The notes beneath the pieces were generated by a model that made no database searches, had not been told where the DNA came from, and saw nothing but the letters and a program-made list of their open reading frames with translations. From Fibrobacteria bacterium (GTDB taxonomy: Bacteria > Fibrobacterota > Fibrobacteria > UBA11236), in NCBI GenBank assembly GCA_050486505.1, contig JBJHDK010000043.1, positions 1 through 20,144 on the forward strand: DNA of 20,144 nucleotides. Reading direction: 5' to 3'. Position 1 is the first letter of the stretch, and the number at the start of each line of letters is the position of its first letter. Of this stretch, positions 15,576 to 20,144 are shown piece by piece. The position numbers and the translations under genes are program-made.

Positions 15576-15631
15576 AGTTACGAATTACGAGTTACGAGTT
15601 ATGAGTCATGAGTTATGAGTTATGAGTCAAT
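15576..15631. repeat. Heptamer tandem repeat (ARTYAYG, 7 units plus a degenerate eighth)
   Basis: AGTTACG AATTACG AGTTACG AGTTATG AGTCATG AGTTATG AGTTATG AGTCAAT. Confidence 0.9.
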
Positions 15632-15720
15632 GGGGAGTTGAATGCCGGGTTCCGCGGCCGCCCCCTGCCCCCTTTTCTAACTTCCCTTTTCCGCATGAAA
15701 TCACAGGAAAAGAACCGCCC

Positions 15721-17457
15721 ATGATCGCTCCGACACCGTCCCCCGAATGGAAACGCACCGCCACGCGGCCCTCACCGGAGTATCCCCGGAACTTCGTCCC
15801 CCCCGACCTCGACCTCGGCGACTGGGACGCACAAAAGCCGCTTTGGGAAGACCTGAAAACCCGCGAGCTTCCGGACACGGCGGCGTTGAAAAAATGGATC
15901 CGCGACTGGAATGAACTTTCCGACGCGGTCCAGGAAGAATCGTCCCGACGCTACATCGACATGACCTGTTTCACGCAGGACAAGGACATCGAAGCCGCCT
16001 ATTTGCATTTCGTCGAGCACATCGACCCGCAACTGGCACCCATCGGCGACGCCCTGAACCGCAAGCTGGTCGCACACCCAGCCGCCGCGGAACTGCCCGG
16101 GGACTACTCGAAATGGCTCAAGTCAGTACGAACCGGCATCGAACTCTACCGCGAAGAAAACGTCCCCCTCTACACCGAACTGGCCAAGCTCTCGCAAGCC
16201 TACCAGAAACTCATCGGCGACCAGACCGTCGAGTGGGAAGGCGAGACGAAGACGCTCAGCCAACTCTCCACCGTGCTGCAAGAGCCCGACCGCGCACGGC
16301 GCGAAAAGGCCTGGCACCTGATCGCCGAACGCCGTCTGCAGGATCGCAACGCGCTCGAGGAGTTGTTCGACAAGATGCGCGCCCTGCGCGGCCGAATCGC
16401 CGCCAACGCCGGGCTCGACTTCATCACGTACACCTTCAAGGGCAACGAGCGCGACTACGGCCCGAAGGATTGTTTCGACTTCCATGACGCGGTGGAGAAG
16501 GCCTGCGTGCCGGTGTACCGGGAGGCGCTGGAGGAACATCGCAAGGCCCTGGGGCTCGAATCCCTGCGCCCTTGGGACCTGAACTGCGATTCGCACGGAC
16601 GCCCCCCGCTCAAACCCTTCGCGTCGTCGCAGGATCTCATCGACGGGGTCAGCAAGATTTTCGCCCGCCTCGATCCCGAGCTTCATCGACTCTTCGGCGT
16701 CCTCCGCAAGGGCGGGCTGATGGACCTCGACAACCGCGTCGGCAAGGCACCGGGCGGCTACCAGACCAGCCTCACCGAAACCCGCCTGCCCTTCATCTTC
16801 ATGAACGCCGTGGGCCAGAACCAGGACGTTTTCACCTTGCTCCACGAGGCCGGGCACGCCTTCCACTACCTGCTGGCGCGCGACCTGGAATTGCCCTACA
16901 ACCGCCACGCCGCCATGGAGTTCTGCGAAGTCGCATCCATGTCGATGGAGCGCCTCGGCGCGCCCCATCTCGACGTGTTCTACTCCCCCGAGGACGCCCT
17001 CCGCGCCGTGCGCATGGAGGACGAGGAAGTGTTCCGCATTCTTCCCTGGGTGGCGACCATCGACGCCTTCCAGCACTGGATGTACGCCGCCGACCACACG
17101 CCCGAGCAGCGGAAGGCGAAGTGGCTCGAGCTCGACGCCCGCTTCGGCCCGCAGGTCGACTGGAGCGGGCTCGAAGAGTTCCGCGCCCACGCGTGGCACC
17201 GTCAGCTGCATCTCTTCGAATACCCGTTCTACTACATCGAGTACGGCATCGCGCAGCTGGGCGCGCTCCAGGTGTGGAAGCGCTCGCTGGAGGATCTCCC
17301 CGAAGCCCTGCGCCTCTACAAGCGCGGCCTGTCGCTGGGCGGCACGCGCGGCCTCGCCGACCTCTTCGCCGCCACCGGTCTGCGCTTCGACATGACGGAA
17401 GAGACCATCCGCCCCCTGATCGAGGCGGTGCGCGAGGAATGGGCGAGGGCGGTGTGA
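15721..17457 (+). CDS. M3-family oligoendopeptidase, PepF-like (578 aa)
   Basis: GKAPGGY, PFIFMN, zinc motif HEAGHAFH, EFCEVASMSME, PFYYIEY. Start ATG 15721 inferred (AGGA at 15705). Confidence 0.93.
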   Translation: MIAPTPSPEWKRTATRPSPEYPRNFVPPDLDLGDWDAQKPLWEDLKTRELPDTAALKKWIRDWNELSDAVQEESSRRYIDMTCFTQDKDIEAAYLHFVEHIDPQLAPIGDALNRKLVAHPAAAELPGDYSKWLKSVRTGIELYREENVPLYTELAKLSQAYQKLIGDQTVEWEGETKTLSQLSTVLQEPDRARREKAWHLIAERRLQDRNALEELFDKMRALRGRIAANAGLDFITYTFKGNERDYGPKDCFDFHDAVEKACVPVYREALEEHRKALGLESLRPWDLNCDSHGRPPLKPFASSQDLIDGVSKIFARLDPELHRLFGVLRKGGLMDLDNRVGKAPGGYQTSLTETRLPFIFMNAVGQNQDVFTLLHEAGHAFHYLLARDLELPYNRHAAMEFCEVASMSMERLGAPHLDVFYSPEDALRAVRMEDEEVFRILPWVATIDAFQHWMYAADHTPEQRKAKWLELDARFGPQVDWSGLEEFRAHAWHRQLHLFEYPFYYIEYGIAQLGALQVWKRSLEDLPEALRLYKRGLSLGGTRGLADLFAATGLRFDMTEETIRPLIEAVREEWARAV

Positions 17458-18920
17458 TGCCCACCCCTGTAAGGGCGACGAGCGGCTCGCCCATACACAC
17501 CGCCCTGACCCAGGCCCTGTCCCATTACGACACCCATCGCACCGCGCACCTCGAAACCCTGAAGGCCGTCGCCCGCATCCCCAGCGTCAGCTTCACGGGA
17601 TACGACCCCGAAAACGTCCGCATGTCGGCCAAGGCCGCTGCGGACTGGCTGCGCGAATCGGGGCTGGAGCAGGTCGAACTCTGGGAACTGCCGGGCACGC
17701 TTCCCTGCGTCTACGCCGAATGGCTCGGGGCGAAGGACGCCCCCACCGTGCTCCTCTATGCCCACCACGACGTGCAGCCCCCCATGCGCGAGGAACTCTG
17801 GACATCGCCCCCCTTCGAACCCACGGAGCGGGACGGCCGCCTCTACGGTCGCGGCGTCGCCGACGACAAGGCCGGACTCGCCGTGCACGCGGCCTCCATC
17901 GCCGCCTGGCTGAAGACCCAAGGCTCCCTGCCGGTCAACGTAAAGGTTCTGATCGAAGGTGAGGAGGAGATTGGAAGCCCTAATCTTTCCAGATACTTAC
18001 AAGAATACAAGAACCGCCTCTCCTGCGATTTCATGGTTCTCACCGACCTCGCCAACTACGACGTCGGCAAGCCCTCCCTGACCACCAGCCTCCGCGGCCT
18101 CGTGACCCTCGAGGTAAGTGTGGCCGCACTGAAATCCCCCCTCCACTCCGGCATGTGGGGCGGCCCCATCCCCGACCCCGTCGCGGGGCTTTGCAAGATG
18201 CTGGCGACCCTGACGGATGAACACGGCCGCGTGGCCGTGCCCGGCCTGCTCGAGCAGGTGATCCCCCCCACCCCGGAGGAAATCGCCGACTTCCGCGCGC
18301 TGGGAATGACCGAAGACACGTTTCGGGAACAGGCGGGGGTTTTGCCGGGGGTCTCCCTGTTCGGGGATCGCGAGGAATTGCTGCTCCGTCTCTGGCGCGA
18401 ACCCGCATTCTCGATCAACGCGGTCGAGGCCGGCCTGCGCAAGTCTGCCGGCAACGTGCTGCTCGACTCCGCGTGGGCGCGCGTGGGCCTGCGCCTCGCG
18501 CCCGGCATGGACCCCGACGCCTGCACGCGTCTGGTCACGGAGCATTTGCGCAAGGCGTGCCCCTGGGGCCTGCGCCTCGACGTCGTCCCCGAGCAGGGAA
18601 GCAAACCCTGGAAAACCCGCCCCGACCATCCCGTGTTCGAGGTCGCGAAGCAAAGCCTCACCGATGGCTACGGCAGCGAAGCCGTGTGCATCGGCTGCGG
18701 GGGCACCATCCCCTTCGTGGACCAGTTCACCGACGTGCTCGGCGACGTTCCGGCCCTGCTGGTCGGCATCGAGGACCCCTACACCAACGCGCACTCCGAA
18801 AACGAATCCCTCCATCTCGGCGACTTCGACAAGGCCGTGCGGTCGCAGATCAGGTTCTTCGCGGATTTGGCGGGATGGGTTGTAGGGGCAAATAATCATT
18901 TGCCCCTACAATCGCCATGA
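17457..18920 (+). CDS. M20-family metallo-dipeptidase, CNDP/Dug1-like (487 aa)
   Basis: YAHHDVQP, YGRGVADDKAG, EGEEEIGS, LHSGMWGG, GGTIPF, NAHSENE; ATG overlaps the upstream TGA (TGATG). Confidence 0.92.
   Translation: MPTPVRATSGSPIHTALTQALSHYDTHRTAHLETLKAVARIPSVSFTGYDPENVRMSAKAAADWLRESGLEQVELWELPGTLPCVYAEWLGAKDAPTVLLYAHHDVQPPMREELWTSPPFEPTERDGRLYGRGVADDKAGLAVHAASIAAWLKTQGSLPVNVKVLIEGEEEIGSPNLSRYLQEYKNRLSCDFMVLTDLANYDVGKPSLTTSLRGLVTLEVSVAALKSPLHSGMWGGPIPDPVAGLCKMLATLTDEHGRVAVPGLLEQVIPPTPEEIADFRALGMTEDTFREQAGVLPGVSLFGDREELLLRLWREPAFSINAVEAGLRKSAGNVLLDSAWARVGLRLAPGMDPDACTRLVTEHLRKACPWGLRLDVVPEQGSKPWKTRPDHPVFEVAKQSLTDGYGSEAVCIGCGGTIPFVDQFTDVLGDVPALLVGIEDPYTNAHSENESLHLGDFDKAVRSQIRFFADLAGWVVGANNHLPLQSP
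17469..17496. repeat. Degenerate GTAG-type REP inside the 5' end of the M20 gene
   Basis: GTAAGGGCGA-N8-TCGCCCATAC; 28 bp long like the 8821 copy, 9 of 10 arm pairs. Confidence 0.55.
18882..18909. repeat. GTAG-type REP inside the 3' end of the M20 gene
   Basis: GTAGGGGCAAATAATCATTTGCCCCTAC, 27/28 identical to 8821-8848; translated as VGANNHLPL. Confidence 0.9.
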
Positions 18921-20092
18921 CCCAGTCCGCCAAATCCACGTCCGGCCATGTGGGCACCTACGACCTCGCCGTGCTTGGCGCGGGGATCATGGGCCTGTCG
19001 GTGGCGTTCGAGGAGGCCATGCGCGGCAAGCGCGTGGCCGTGATCGATGCCGAAGCCTTCGGCGGAAAGGCCTCGTGGGCCGCCGCCGGCATCCTCAACA
19101 TGCGCGCGGGGTTGCTGGGCGGTTCGCCCTTCCGCAGCTTCCACCTGCGCTCGGTGCCCATGTATCCCGACTGGCTGGCGCGCGTGGAGGAGGCATCGGG
19201 GGTTTCCGTCCCGTATGAACGCGCGGGAGACTACCAGATCTTCGTCGGAGATGATGCGGAAACCCTGCGGATTCTGGAAGAGCGCGAGGACCAGCTCCGG
19301 CGGGAGCGGGCCTCGCTCTTCACGCGGCTCGACGCCTGGCCCGGCTTCCTGAAGGCGCATGGTGCACCGGGTCCCGTCCGCCTCTACCACTTTCCCGACG
19401 AGGCCTACGTCAACAATCGCGTCCTGCTGCAAGCGCTGGAGAAGGCCCTGATGAAGACGGGGGCCGGGCTCTTTCCGAACACGCGCGTCGAGCGCGCGGC
19501 TCCGGGAAACGACGGGACCGTGCTCGAGGGGCCGGGGTTCGGCCTGCGCGCCGCCAAGGTGCTCGTCGCGGCAGGAACGTGGTGCAACGACGTGCTGAAA
19601 CTTCTCGGGCTGTCCATGCCCTTGTATCCGGTGAAGGGACAGCTCGCCCTGCTGCCGAACTTCCACGGCAACGACACCATGCTGCACGGGGGCGAGCGCT
19701 TCTACCTGATCCCCCGCGGAGAGATGCTGATCGCAGGAGCGACCACGGAGCCAAGGGTGTGGACAGACGGCTTCGACACCACGGGAGACCTACATCTTGC
19801 ATCGCAGCTACGGAGTTTTTTCCCGAACGTGCGCCCGGCATGGACGGAGACGTGGAGCGGGCTGCGCCCGCGCAGCGCCGACCGGCTTCCGCTACTGGGA
19901 TGGATCGACCGGCCGGCAGGCATTGCGATCGCGACGGGACTTTACAAGAGCGGGATCAGCCTGGCGCCGCTGGCGTCGCGCTGCCTCTCCGCGATCCTGA
20001 ACGACGAGAGGCCGCCGGTGGATTTACGGCCGTTCGATCCGTGGAGGCGGGGAGGGATAAATCCTCACCCCTCCCCCAGCGTCGAGCGTTGA
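18917..20092 (+). CDS. FAD-dependent amino-acid oxidase, glycine oxidase ThiO/DAO-like (391 aa)
   Basis: GAGIMG dinucleotide fold, ASWAAAGIL, PVKGQ, YLIPR, GATTE, WSGLRP; ATGA overlap with the M20 stop. Confidence 0.88.
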   Translation: MTQSAKSTSGHVGTYDLAVLGAGIMGLSVAFEEAMRGKRVAVIDAEAFGGKASWAAAGILNMRAGLLGGSPFRSFHLRSVPMYPDWLARVEEASGVSVPYERAGDYQIFVGDDAETLRILEEREDQLRRERASLFTRLDAWPGFLKAHGAPGPVRLYHFPDEAYVNNRVLLQALEKALMKTGAGLFPNTRVERAAPGNDGTVLEGPGFGLRAAKVLVAAGTWCNDVLKLLGLSMPLYPVKGQLALLPNFHGNDTMLHGGERFYLIPRGEMLIAGATTEPRVWTDGFDTTGDLHLASQLRSFFPNVRPAWTETWSGLRPRSADRLPLLGWIDRPAGIAIATGLYKSGISLAPLASRCLSAILNDERPPVDLRPFDPWRRGGINPHPSPSVER

Positions 20093-20144
20093 TATCACAC
20101 GCCCCCTCCCCTCTCCATCTTCGCTTGCGCGATGGAGAGGGGAG
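20063..20144. repeat. CCCCTCTCC-type palindromic repeat (may be cut by window end)
   Basis: CCTCACCCC leader, then perfect 14-bp arms CTCCCCTCTCCATC (20106-20119) / GATGGAGAGGGGAG (20131-20144). Confidence 0.7.

Noticed and set aside
16572..17456. N-terminal extension of the 782-aa ORF
   Set aside because: Alternate frame of the M3 peptidase; M20 similarity begins only after 17457.
8821..18909. Near-identical 28-bp palindromes as CRISPR repeats
   Set aside because: Copies are 10 kb apart with no spacer array or cas genes.

Overview
GC-rich (about 65% by eye) Gram-negative bacterial chromosome segment, mostly housekeeping. In order: 3' part of a P2-type cation ATPase, gmk, a low-GC orphan membrane protein, a toxin-first RelE/HigB-like + XRE toxin-antitoxin pair, nth/hldD (divergent), a ZIP-like transporter and a TlpA thioredoxin (divergent), leuCD, aminopeptidase P, a histone-H1-like/pseudo-receiver fusion, a 624-aa uncharacterised protein with FabX/nitronate-monooxygenase-like motifs, prfC, a small zinc-ribbon membrane protein, and a translationally coupled M3 peptidase / M20 peptidase / FAD amine-oxidase trio. 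The non-coding DNA is rich in structure: at least three REP-like palindrome families (GTAG-type, CGTC-type, CCCCTCTCC-type), some read in-frame at protein termini; a heptamer tandem array; an AT-rich array of palindromes and IHF-like boxes at 11.3-11.5 kb; a candidate structured RNA at about 6.1 kb; and a TANNNT box 6-10 nt upstream of nine SD-less start codons, suggesting widespread leaderless expression. An FCB-group origin (e.g. Fibrobacterota) is only a guess from promoter style. No integrase, transposase, CRISPR, tRNA or rRNA was seen. All calls come from reading motifs by eye; no searches were run.
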